Source of the DNA: a virus
Lineage: Duplodnaviria; Caudoviricetes
DNA length: 24,402 nt
Virus record (IMG/VR): IMGVR_UViG_3300012942_000130
Location: 1-24,402 of that record
Direction: 5' to 3' (one strand)
In this document: one piece after another, positions 1-6,423 of the stretch
How the letters are laid out: each line of letters begins with the position of its first letter
Position numbering within the stretch: the first letter of the stretch is position 1
The notes under the pieces: generated by a model
What the model was told of the DNA's origin: nothing
Databases searched by the model: none
The model's input: the letters and a program-made list of their open reading frames with translations, nothing else
Position numbers and translations under genes: made by a program

Positions 1-1602
1 CAGACGTTCGAGGGCGGCAAGGCGTACACGCGTGACGCCAAGGGGGAGCTCTTCCAGCTGGCCGTGGTCAACATGGTCGGCCAGGACGCGTTCTACGAGT
101 CCGGTGAGGGCCGTGACAACCGCTACGTGAACCTGATCCACCAGCTCGCGGTCGCCGACCCGGCCTGGACCTTCAGCCTGCTCAAGTGGCTGCGTGGCCC
201 CGAGGGCAACCTCCGCACGGCCAGCCTGGTGGGGGCAGCCGAGTTCGTGCGAGCCCGCCTGGACGCCATGAGCGTGGGCGACCTCGTGCCGGACGACGTC
301 AAGGCGTCCCAGGAGGGCGGTGGCTGGAACCGTCGGGTCATCGAGGCCGTCCTGCAGCGTGCCGACGAGCCGGGTGAGATGCTCGGCTACTGGGTCAACC
401 GGTACGGCCGCAAGCTGCCGAAGCCCGTCAAGCGAGGCGTGGCGGACGCCGCCAAGCGCCTGTACACGCAGCGTGGCTACCTGCGCTACGACTCTGACTC
501 GAAGGGCTTCCGCTTCGCGGACGTCCTCGAGCTGGTCCACGCGCAGGACTCCGGCCCCGAGCAGGACGCGCTGTACCGCTACGCGGTGGACGACCGTCAT
601 GACCACGCGGGTGAGGTCCCCGAGCTGCTCCACATGGTGCGCGCTCGTCGGACCATCAACACCATGTCGGCGAACGACCGACACAAGCTGGCGCGTCTGG
701 CGGTGCGTCACGGCCTCGACGGCAACCTGTACAAGGCCGCCATGGCCGGCCAGTGGGAGTGGCTGCACAGCTCCCTGGGTGACACCAAGGACGTCCGCAG
801 CCCGGTCTCCAAGGCCGATCAGTGGCGTCTCGTGCTGCCGCAGCTCGGCATCTTCGCGCTGGCGCGTAACCTCCGCAACCTGGAGGAGGCGGGCCTCGGC
901 TACGCGGAGATCGACGCGATCAACGCGCGTCTCATGGACGCGGACGAGATCGCGAAGAGCCGGATGTTCCCGTTCCGGTGGTGGCAGGCCTACCAGGCTG
1001 TCAACGGCAACAGCTTCAAGAGTGGCCTGGAGCGCGCGTTCGCGCACTCCATGGGCAACATCCCGAAGCTGCCCGGCAAGAGCCTGGTCCTGGTGGACAC
1101 CAGCGCGTCGATGACGAGTGGCATCTTCGCGCAGAAGTCGAGCATGAGCCCCGTTCAGGCGGCGGCCGTGTTCGGCGTGGCGCTGGCGACCGCGAACCCC
1201 GGCAACGTCCACCTGGTGGGCTTCGCCAGCGGGGAGTTCCAGCACGACATGAAGGGCGGCGCCACGGCGCTCCAGGAGGTCGAGCGGTTCGTCAGCCAGG
1301 TCGGCCGCGTCGGTCACGGCACCGACATCCACGGGGCGGTGCGCCGGACCTTCAAGAAGGGCTACCACGACCGCGTGTTCATCATCTCGGACATGCAGAC
1401 CATGGGTGGCTACGACTCGAACCACACGCAGAACCTCCCCGTGCCGGTCTACGGCTTCAACCTCGGTGGCTACAGCCAGACGATGATGAAGGTCGGCGAG
1501 AACGGCAAGCATGAGTTCGGTGGCCTGACCGACTCGACTTTCAAGCAGGTGCCACTCCTTGAGCGGGGAGAGTCGACGGGCTGGCCTTGGGAGGTCATGT
1601 AA
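1..1602 (+). CDS. Ro60/TROVE-domain ribonucleoprotein with C-terminal vWA domain (5'-truncated by window edge)
   Basis: Frame is open from base 1 (QTFEGGKAYTRDAKGELFQLAVVNMVGQDAFYE), the typical TROVE N-terminus. Also RADEPGEML, ALARNLRNL, SRMFPFRW; vWA MIDAS motif LVLVDTSASM, GTD and IISDMQ. Confidence 0.93.
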   Translation, partial: QTFEGGKAYTRDAKGELFQLAVVNMVGQDAFYESGEGRDNRYVNLIHQLAVADPAWTFSLLKWLRGPEGNLRTASLVGAAEFVRARLDAMSVGDLVPDDVKASQEGGGWNRRVIEAVLQRADEPGEMLGYWVNRYGRKLPKPVKRGVADAAKRLYTQRGYLRYDSDSKGFRFADVLELVHAQDSGPEQDALYRYAVDDRHDHAGEVPELLHMVRARRTINTMSANDRHKLARLAVRHGLDGNLYKAAMAGQWEWLHSSLGDTKDVRSPVSKADQWRLVLPQLGIFALARNLRNLEEAGLGYAEIDAINARLMDADEIAKSRMFPFRWWQAYQAVNGNSFKSGLERAFAHSMGNIPKLPGKSLVLVDTSASMTSGIFAQKSSMSPVQAAAVFGVALATANPGNVHLVGFASGEFQHDMKGGATALQEVERFVSQVGRVGHGTDIHGAVRRTFKKGYHDRVFIISDMQTMGGYDSNHTQNLPVPVYGFNLGGYSQTMMKVGENGKHEFGGLTDSTFKQVPLLERGESTGWPWEVM

Positions 1603-1617
1603 GATAGGTTTGCCTTT

Positions 1618-2367
1618 ATGGGCAAGCCTCGTAAGCAGTGGCGTCTCCCTCTCGACGAAGTGCTTCGGCGCTATGGCGAGGGGGAGTCGTCCGTGATACT
1701 CGCGCAAGAGTGCGGACTCGGCAACGTTCGACCAATTCTTCAAGCCGTGCGTGATGCTGGCATGGAGGTTCGATCTCCGTACTCAGGACTTCATCCAAGG
1801 AAGCGAGATCCAAAGAAGCGAGAGACGCGAACGTGCGAGCGAGATGGCTGCGAGAACACGTTCGACGTCTACGTGTCGAGTGAGCGAAAGTACTGCACAT
1901 CAGAGTGCCGATTTGCTGATCCTCAACTGCGAGACAGGATCAGTGAGTCGAACACCACTCACAAGCTGTCAGATCTCAATGAGTCGCGCATGACAGCCAC
2001 GTGTTCGATCTGTGGACCTAAGATGAAGATCGTTAAGGGTTCACGTGCTCGATCCGACGGAAGGCCACGCTACAGTTGCTGGCTTGCCGGTAAGGCGTGG
2101 CACTGGGAGAAGCATTACGGTGTGACGGCTGTCTACGTGGCACTGCTCTTGAACGAGCAGGATGGCAAGTGCGGTATCTGCGCGAAGAAGCTTGACGAGT
2201 CGTTCTGCGTGGATCATGATCACGACACCGGCAGGGTACGTGGGCTGCTTTGCCACAACTGCAACAAGGGTCTAGGGCTCTTGGGCGACACTGTGGATTC
2301 AGTTGAAGCAGCGTTGAAGTACCTGAAGGTTGGCGCTGGACAAGACGCCTCCCCGACGATACTGTAG
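1618..2367 (+). CDS. Endonuclease VII-like (His-Me finger) HNH endonuclease with N-terminal Cys-rich/DNA-binding region; probable free-standing homing endonuclease
   Basis: C-terminal QDGKCGIC...VDHDHDTGRVRGLLCHNCNKGLG is the EndoVII signature. Extra Cys pairs upstream; codon usage visibly more A/T-rich than neighbours. Confidence 0.88.
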   Translation: MGKPRKQWRLPLDEVLRRYGEGESSVILAQECGLGNVRPILQAVRDAGMEVRSPYSGLHPRKRDPKKRETRTCERDGCENTFDVYVSSERKYCTSECRFADPQLRDRISESNTTHKLSDLNESRMTATCSICGPKMKIVKGSRARSDGRPRYSCWLAGKAWHWEKHYGVTAVYVALLLNEQDGKCGICAKKLDESFCVDHDHDTGRVRGLLCHNCNKGLGLLGDTVDSVEAALKYLKVGAGQDASPTIL

Positions 2368-2385
2368 TCTCGTCGGGGAGGCGTC
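2337..2385 (+). promoter_or_regulatory. sigma70/HrdB-like promoter overlapping a 16-bp inverted repeat
   Basis: TGGACA(2337)-17 nt-TACTGT(2360); perfect IR GACGCCTCCCCGACGA 2344-2359 / 2370-2385 with the -10 in the loop. Confidence 0.6.
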
Positions 2386-2414
2386 CTCCTCGTCAGGAAG
2401 AGGAAGAGAACCAA

Positions 2415-2543
2415 GTGGTGACCCTCATCACCGATGCCTTCATGGATCTCGTCTACGTGATCGACGTCACCGGTACCATCGCCGTTGCCACGTGGGTTAT
2501 CGTGGTCCTGGCCATGCCCAACGCGGAACGGAACAGCGAGTGA
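2415..2543 (+). CDS. small membrane protein (42 aa)
   Basis: GTG start after a purine-rich tract; MVTLITDAFMDLVYVIDVTGTIAVATWVIVVLAMPNAERNSE has one hydrophobic stretch. Confidence 0.5.
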   Translation: MVTLITDAFMDLVYVIDVTGTIAVATWVIVVLAMPNAERNSE

Positions 2544-2663
2544 GCGTGTGGGACACCTCACCTGAGGCGCTTCAGCGTCTCCAGGACGCGCTGCGTGAAC
2601 ACGCACGCAACCTGGTGGAGCCTGACTTCAGCCAGGCTCTGGATCGGATGGAAGGGGAACGTG

Positions 2664-2885
2664 ATGGCCGAGACCGTCACGAAGGACGGCCAGGTGACCT
2701 GGCTGAAGTGGAAGTACGCGATGCCGAAGGACAAGGGCCGCTACAAGGGTGGCACCTCCACGGGCGGCAAGCCGGCGGTGAAGCGGAAGAAGGTCGGCGG
2801 TGGACCTGGCCCGATCGAGCACGTGAAGGTGATCGGGGCTGACGGCCACATCCGCTGGGAGACCCGTCCGCGAGCCAAGCGGTGA
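2664..2885 (+). CDS. small basic hypothetical protein (73 aa)
   Basis: ATG after GAAGGGGA RBS; high-GC3 codons; GTGA overlap with the next gene. Confidence 0.65.
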   Translation: MAETVTKDGQVTWLKWKYAMPKDKGRYKGGTSTGGKPAVKRKKVGGGPGPIEHVKVIGADGHIRWETRPRAKR

Positions 2886-3127
2886 GGCGCTTCAAGGTCT
2901 ACCGCCCCAACCCGCCTGAGCACTACCGCGAGGGTGGGTTCGCCAACGCGCCCGACGAGGTGCAGTTCGAGGGCGTGGAGTTCAGCGACGGCACGGTCGC
3001 GGTGCGATGGATGACTGAGCGTCGCTCCACCTCGCTGTGGGCGAGCCTGGAGGACCTCATGGCCGTCCACGGTCACCCTGAGTACGGCACGCTGGTCAAC
3101 TGGCTGGACGAGCCGAGCGAGAGCTGA
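2882..3127 (+). CDS. hypothetical phage protein (81 aa)
   Basis: Coupled start, strong GC3 bias, globular-looking sequence (EGVEFSDGTVAVRW...HGH). Confidence 0.75.
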   Translation: MRRFKVYRPNPPEHYREGGFANAPDEVQFEGVEFSDGTVAVRWMTERRSTSLWASLEDLMAVHGHPEYGTLVNWLDEPSES

Positions 3128-3133
3128 TACGGT
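3105..3133 (+). promoter_or_regulatory. promoter of the shared consensus
   Basis: TGGACG-17 nt-TACGGT with TGA extended -10. Confidence 0.6.
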
Positions 3134-3216
3134 ATTACCAGACGGGCGGGGAACAGGATCAAACGGACTGGGGGCCTCGCCCGTCCAACCGACCGACTAC
3201 GGAAGGAACAGGAACG

Positions 3217-3444
3217 ATGGGACTCACTCGGGTACGCGCTGGTGACCACGTGATCGGCGTGGGACGGTCGCCGCAGACCGGTAAGAACATCAACGGCCAG
3301 CATGGTGACGTGACCGAGGTCCGCGACCACTTCGGTGAGGACCTCGTGGCGGTCACCTGGAAGAACGGCGACAGGGACTCCGTCCGCCAGGAGAACGTCA
3401 GCGGCACCGGCATGTGCCGCGGTCGCAAGGGCTGCCAGGGCTGA
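3217..3444 (+). CDS. hypothetical protein (75 aa, beta-rich, possibly SH3-like)
   Basis: RBS AGGAAC before ATG; GC3 bias. Confidence 0.65.
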   Translation: MGLTRVRAGDHVIGVGRSPQTGKNINGQHGDVTEVRDHFGEDLVAVTWKNGDRDSVRQENVSGTGMCRGRKGCQG

Positions 3445-3490
3445 TCACCCTCGTTCGATCACCGGCCGCGTCACCGGCGCGGCCGGCCAG

Positions 3491-3568
3491 TCTCTCATGG
3501 TGCAACTGGAAGCGCGCTGGGCGGGTCGCTCCCGTCTGGAGACGCCGGTTCGAGGCCGGCTGAGAGAG
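3491..3568 (+). ncRNA. tRNA-like RNA with extended anticodon arm and no canonical anticodon loop
   Basis: Acceptor TCTCTCA/TGAGAGA (7 bp), TG, D arm GTGC-AACTGGAA-GCGC, 9-bp arm CTGGGCGGG-TCGCT-CCCGTCTGG, T arm GCCGG-TTCGAGG-CCGGC, discriminator G. Lies between ORFs. Confidence 0.75.
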
Positions 3569-3595
3569 CTCAAGCACGAGAGAACGGAGATAACC

Positions 3596-3925
3596 GTGGC
3601 AGAGACGCCACCGCGCATCCCGACGACCATCGGTATCGTCATGCGCGTCGAGTCGCCGAAGCCGACCCTGGCTGACCTGGAGCGCGCTCGTGACCGCGAG
3701 GAGCGCAACCTCGACGCGCGGCAGGCTGAGCGAGCCGACGCGTTGCGACGCGTGGAGTCGCTCGACCGTCAGATCGCCAACGTGCGCTCCTCCATCGACG
3801 ACCTCAACGAGCGCATCGAGGCCTGCTCCGCGATCGAGCGTGTGGAGTTCCTCGAGAGTGAGGTGCAGCGCCTCAAGAGCGAGGTCTCCGAGCTGCGCAA
3901 TCCGCGTGGCCGGGAGTGCTGGTAG
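3596..3925 (+). CDS. coiled-coil hypothetical protein (109 aa)
   Basis: GTG after GGAG RBS; heptad-like E/R/L-rich sequence. The longer 3335 start would run through the upstream gene and the tRNA-like RNA. Confidence 0.7.
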   Translation: MAETPPRIPTTIGIVMRVESPKPTLADLERARDREERNLDARQAERADALRRVESLDRQIANVRSSIDDLNERIEACSAIERVEFLESEVQRLKSEVSELRNPRGRECW

Positions 3926-3928
3926 AAA

Positions 3929-3962
3929 CCGGTTGGACGTTTGAGTCTCCAACTGGTACTGT
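3929..3962 (+). promoter_or_regulatory. promoter for the 244-aa gene/ncRNA unit, overlapping an inverted repeat
   Basis: TGGACG(3934)-17 nt-TACTGT(3957); IR CCGGTTGGA 3929-3937 / TCCAACTGG 3948-3956. Confidence 0.62.
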
Positions 3963-4025
3963 TTCACCCATCAGGCAAGCACAGCAAGCCTCAAGCTTAG
4001 GAACGAACGAGGGAAGGAGGGTGAA

Positions 4026-4760
4026 GTGACCACCCAGTTGAACCAGATCGTGGCGGTTGAGAAGGGCCTCAAGAGCCGAGTCAACGCCGACGTCACCAAG
4101 CTCTACCACCAGCTTCAGAAGCCCGCGCTGTACGGCGGCTTCAGCAAGGTCTACACGCCGAAGGACGACGAGGGCGAGGTCTTCCCGCCTGAGCGTCAGG
4201 TGGTCCAGGCCAGGGTCGAGGATGACCTCGACTCCGTGGCGAAGGCGCTGACCCAGCTGCTGGACGCCACCCTGACCAAGGACGTCGCCAACACCAAGGC
4301 GTCGGGTACCGTCCGCGTGGACGGTCAGGAACTGGTCACCGCTCCGGTGCCCTTCCTGCTGACACTGGAGAAGCAGCTGATCGACTTCCGCACGGTCGTG
4401 TCGAAGCTGCCCGTCCTGGACGCCGCGGACACCTGGAACTTCGACCACGCGTCGAGCTTCTACCGCACCGACCCGGCGCGGACCGGCAAGACCCGCAAGG
4501 TGCCGAAGGTCCTCGTCAAGGCCCAGGCCACGGAGCGTCACCCCGCGCAGACCGAGGTCTACATGGAGGACGTGACCATCGGCCACTGGGACACCACCAA
4601 GCTCTCGGGTGCGGTGACGACCCAGCGTCGGACGGACCTCCTGGACCGCATCAACGTCCTCATCGACGCCGTCAAGCACGCCGTCGAGGAGGCCAACCGT
4701 GCAACGGTGGAGCAGCTGAAGGTCGGCGAAGCCGTCTTCGACTACCTGCTGGAGCACTGA
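4026..4760 (+). CDS. conserved hypothetical protein (244 aa; from memory resembles DUF7873, unverified), candidate RNA-binding partner of the downstream ncRNA
   Basis: Strong RBS AAGGAGG; high GC3. Motifs LNQIVAVEKG, Y.PKDDEGE..PPE, TKD.AN, LL.LEKQL, ATERHPAQ, K.AVEEAN match a widespread bacterial/phage family as I recall it. Confidence 0.85.
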   Translation: MTTQLNQIVAVEKGLKSRVNADVTKLYHQLQKPALYGGFSKVYTPKDDEGEVFPPERQVVQARVEDDLDSVAKALTQLLDATLTKDVANTKASGTVRVDGQELVTAPVPFLLTLEKQLIDFRTVVSKLPVLDAADTWNFDHASSFYRTDPARTGKTRKVPKVLVKAQATERHPAQTEVYMEDVTIGHWDTTKLSGAVTTQRRTDLLDRINVLIDAVKHAVEEANRATVEQLKVGEAVFDYLLEH

Positions 4761-5289
4761 CGAGCCGCCACCCGCGCGGCTCCGCCGGCCTCCGTCATCC
4801 CCCCGACGTCGAGGCTGGCGTCCCACTCGAGAGCCGCGCGGGTGGCAACACCCACAGACTCCCGCCAGGCTGACCAGAGGCGTCAGACCCGGTGGGTTCC
4901 GGTTGAGCGACCGGGTGCCCGCAAGGGCAAAGCTGAAGCTCAGGCTTAAGCTCAGCTCTTACCGTGACAGTGGAGGTTCGAGGCCTCCCCCGAGCACCAC
5001 ATGCTCGGGTAGCCCAAGAGGTAGAGGCAGCGGTGAGCGTCAAGCTCAAGTTCTCGCTCCAGCTTGAAGCACGACGGTGATCCCGTGATCGACGATGCTG
5101 GATCCATCACCGCGAGATGGGGGTTCGAGTCCCTCCTGGACCACTACGAGGTTCAGTGGCCGTAACGGCAACGGCGCATGGTGTTAAGCTAAGACCAGCA
5201 GCGACAGTGCACGGGTGAGATACCGTACATTGGATCTTGAAAATCCTACAACCTAGGATGGCCCCCTCAAGGTGAGGAGGGGGTCATCC
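4761..5289 (+). ncRNA. large structured ncRNA with two circularly permuted tRNA-like modules and AAGCUN repeats (boundaries approximate)
   Basis: No credible ORF. 16-bp stem 4767-4782/4831-4846; GNRA hairpin TGCCC-GCAA-GGGCA 4916-4929; permuted modules at about 4958-5037 and 5108-5183; long stem 5074-5226; closing hairpin 5256-5289. Confidence 0.8.
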
Positions 5290-5293
5290 GCCA

Positions 5294-5366
5294 GGACTCA
5301 TAGCTCAGTTGGTAGAGCAGGGGGCTCTTAACCCTCGTGTCGCAGGTTCAAGTCCTGCTGAGTCCA
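5294..5366 (+). tRNA. tRNA-Lys(CUU)
   Basis: GGACTCA/TGAGTCC acceptor, loop CT-CTT-AA, T arm GCAGG-TTCAAGT-CCTGC; CCA not encoded. Confidence 0.93.
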
Positions 5367-5482
5367 CGGTATGCATGCTGGCGTCCTAGGCACCGTCCAG
5401 CACACCCGTGCCGATCACGCACGAAGCTCCGGAGTATGCGCATACGTTGATGGAGTGGACAGCGCCTCTCGCCGGCACGTTA

Positions 5483-5555
5483 GGACCCATAGCTCAATGG
5501 ATAGAGCGCCGCACTACGGATGCGGAGGTTGCAGGTTCGAGTCCTGCTGGGTTCA
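5483..5555 (+). tRNA. tRNA-Arg(ACG)
   Basis: GGACCCA/TGGGTTC, anticodon arm CCGCA-CT-ACG-GA-TGCGG, canonical D and T arms. Confidence 0.93.
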
Positions 5556-5559
5556 CTGA

Positions 5560-5632
5560 GGGTCCGTAGCTCCAACGGTAGAGCAGCTGCCTTGCACGCA
5601 GACGGTTGCAGGTTCGAATCCTGTCGGATCCA
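5560..5632 (+). tRNA. tRNA-Ala(UGC)
   Basis: GGGTCCG/CGGATCC with G3:U70, loop CT-TGC-AC, A73. Confidence 0.92.
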
Positions 5633-5644
5633 CGCGGTACACGA

Positions 5645-5742
5645 GGGCGCGTAACTCAACAGGCATGCTGAGGGGTGGCCACCCCGAGGCTACACGCCGT
5701 GGTAGAGGCTAGCGGTTGCGGGTTCGAATCCCGTCGCGTCCA
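5645..5742 (+). ncRNA. tRNA-like RNA, Ala-type acceptor, anticodon arm replaced by small hairpins
   Basis: GGGCGCG/CGCGTCC (G3:U70), A73, T arm GCGGG-TTCGAAT-CCCGT; interior GGGGT-GGCC-ACCCC and CTAC...GTAG hairpins; 98 nt. Confidence 0.75.
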
Positions 5743-5773
5743 CGATGACACCATGATACGATGATGGTGTCAT

Positions 5774-5856
5774 GGAGGGTAGCGCTCAACGGTGGGCAAG
5801 CGGCCTTGAAAGCCGTGCCAGGTGCAAGCCTGGGGGTTCGATTCCTCTACCCTCCT
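5774..5856 (+). tRNA. tRNA-Ser(UGA)
   Basis: GGAGGGT/ACCCTCC, GCGGC-CT-TGA-AA-GCCGT, long variable arm CCAGG-TGCAAG-CCTGG. Confidence 0.88.
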
Positions 5857-5875
5857 CTCCACAATTGAACACTGA

Positions 5876-5959
5876 GGAAGAGTGGCCGAGCGGCTCAAGG
5901 CACGTCACTGCTAATGACGCGGGGTAACACCCACGCAGGTTCGAATCCTGTCTCTTCCG
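5876..5959 (+). tRNA. tRNA-Ser(GCU)
   Basis: GGAAGAG/CTCTTCC, CGTCA-CT-GCT-AA-TGACG, long variable arm, G73. Confidence 0.92.
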
Positions 5960-5961
5960 CC

Positions 5962-6035
5962 CCGGCGGTAGCTCAGCTGGTTAGAGCGTCGCGCTGATAA
6001 CGCGGAGGTCGCGGGTTCAAGTCCCGCTCGTCGGA
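5962..6035 (+). tRNA. tRNA-Ile(GAU)
   Basis: CCGGCGG/TCGTCGG, TCGCG-CT-GAT-AA-CGCGG, canonical D/T arms. Confidence 0.9.
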
Positions 6036-6051
6036 CGTCACAACTGAACAT

Positions 6052-6236
6052 GGGCGTGTAGCTCAAACGGCAGAGCGGCCCGAAAAACGGTGGGGTGGCG
6101 TGCCAGGAAGTGTTGCGGATGCACCGGGACCGGGCCCGTGGGCGAAAATCCACGGGTTGGGGAACCTTAACCCCCGGCAGGGAAGCGCGTTTCCAGAGCC
6201 TGGCTCAAGGTACGGGTTCGAACCCCGTCACGTCCA
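6052..6236 (+). ncRNA. tRNA-like RNA, Ala-type acceptor, with ~130-nt multi-hairpin domain in place of the anticodon arm
   Basis: GGGCGTG/CACGTCC (G3:U70), A73, canonical D arm GCTC-AAACGGCA-GAGC, T arm ACGGG-TTCGAAC-CCCGT; inserted hairpins CCCGTGG/CCACGGG, GGGG/CCCC, CGGTG/CACCG. Confidence 0.8.
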
Positions 6237-6240
6237 CGAT

Positions 6241-6317
6241 GCCGGTGTAGCTTCAACTGGTAGAGCGCTCGCCTCGTAAGCGAGTGGTTGCAGGTTCGAG
6301 TCCTGTCACCGGCTCCA
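6241..6317 (+). tRNA. tRNA-Thr(CGU)
   Basis: GCCGGTG/CACCGGC, CTCGC-CT-CGT-AA-GCGAG, encoded CCA at 6315-6317. Confidence 0.93.
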
Positions 6318-6332
6318 CAACTTCATACACGA

Positions 6333-6413
6333 GGATGGACTGAGCACGCGGCGAGCTCACCTGGCTGTAAACCAGACGTTTCGACTGTGGCGGTTCGACT
6401 CCGTCTCCATCCA
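6333..6413 (+). tRNA. tRNA-Tyr(GUA)
   Basis: GGATGGA/TCCATCC, loop CT-GTA-AA, variable arm, T arm GGCGG-TTCGACT-CCGTC, A73. Confidence 0.85.
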
Positions 6414-6423
6414 CGCAACGCAA

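Noticed and set aside
2330-2842. 170-aa ORF, or its internal GTG start at 2540
   Set aside because: The 5' half crosses a promoter and another ORF, and the 3' half overlaps 2664-2885 out of frame. The 2540-2663 part looks coding, so an overlapping gene cannot be excluded, but support is insufficient.
4930-5070. CRISPR array or coding tandem repeat
   Set aside because: Units are 6 nt and degenerate, with no repeat-spacer structure and no cas genes.
5774-5856. Suppressor or selenocysteine tRNA because of TGA
   Set aside because: TGA is the anticodon, which reads UCA (Ser); a UGA reader would need anticodon TCA.
6052-6236. Canonical tmRNA or group I intron-containing tRNA
   Set aside because: Much shorter than typical tmRNA, has a full D stem and no visible tag frame. 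The insert is short for a group I intron and I recognise no P7 core. A formal cmscan was not run.
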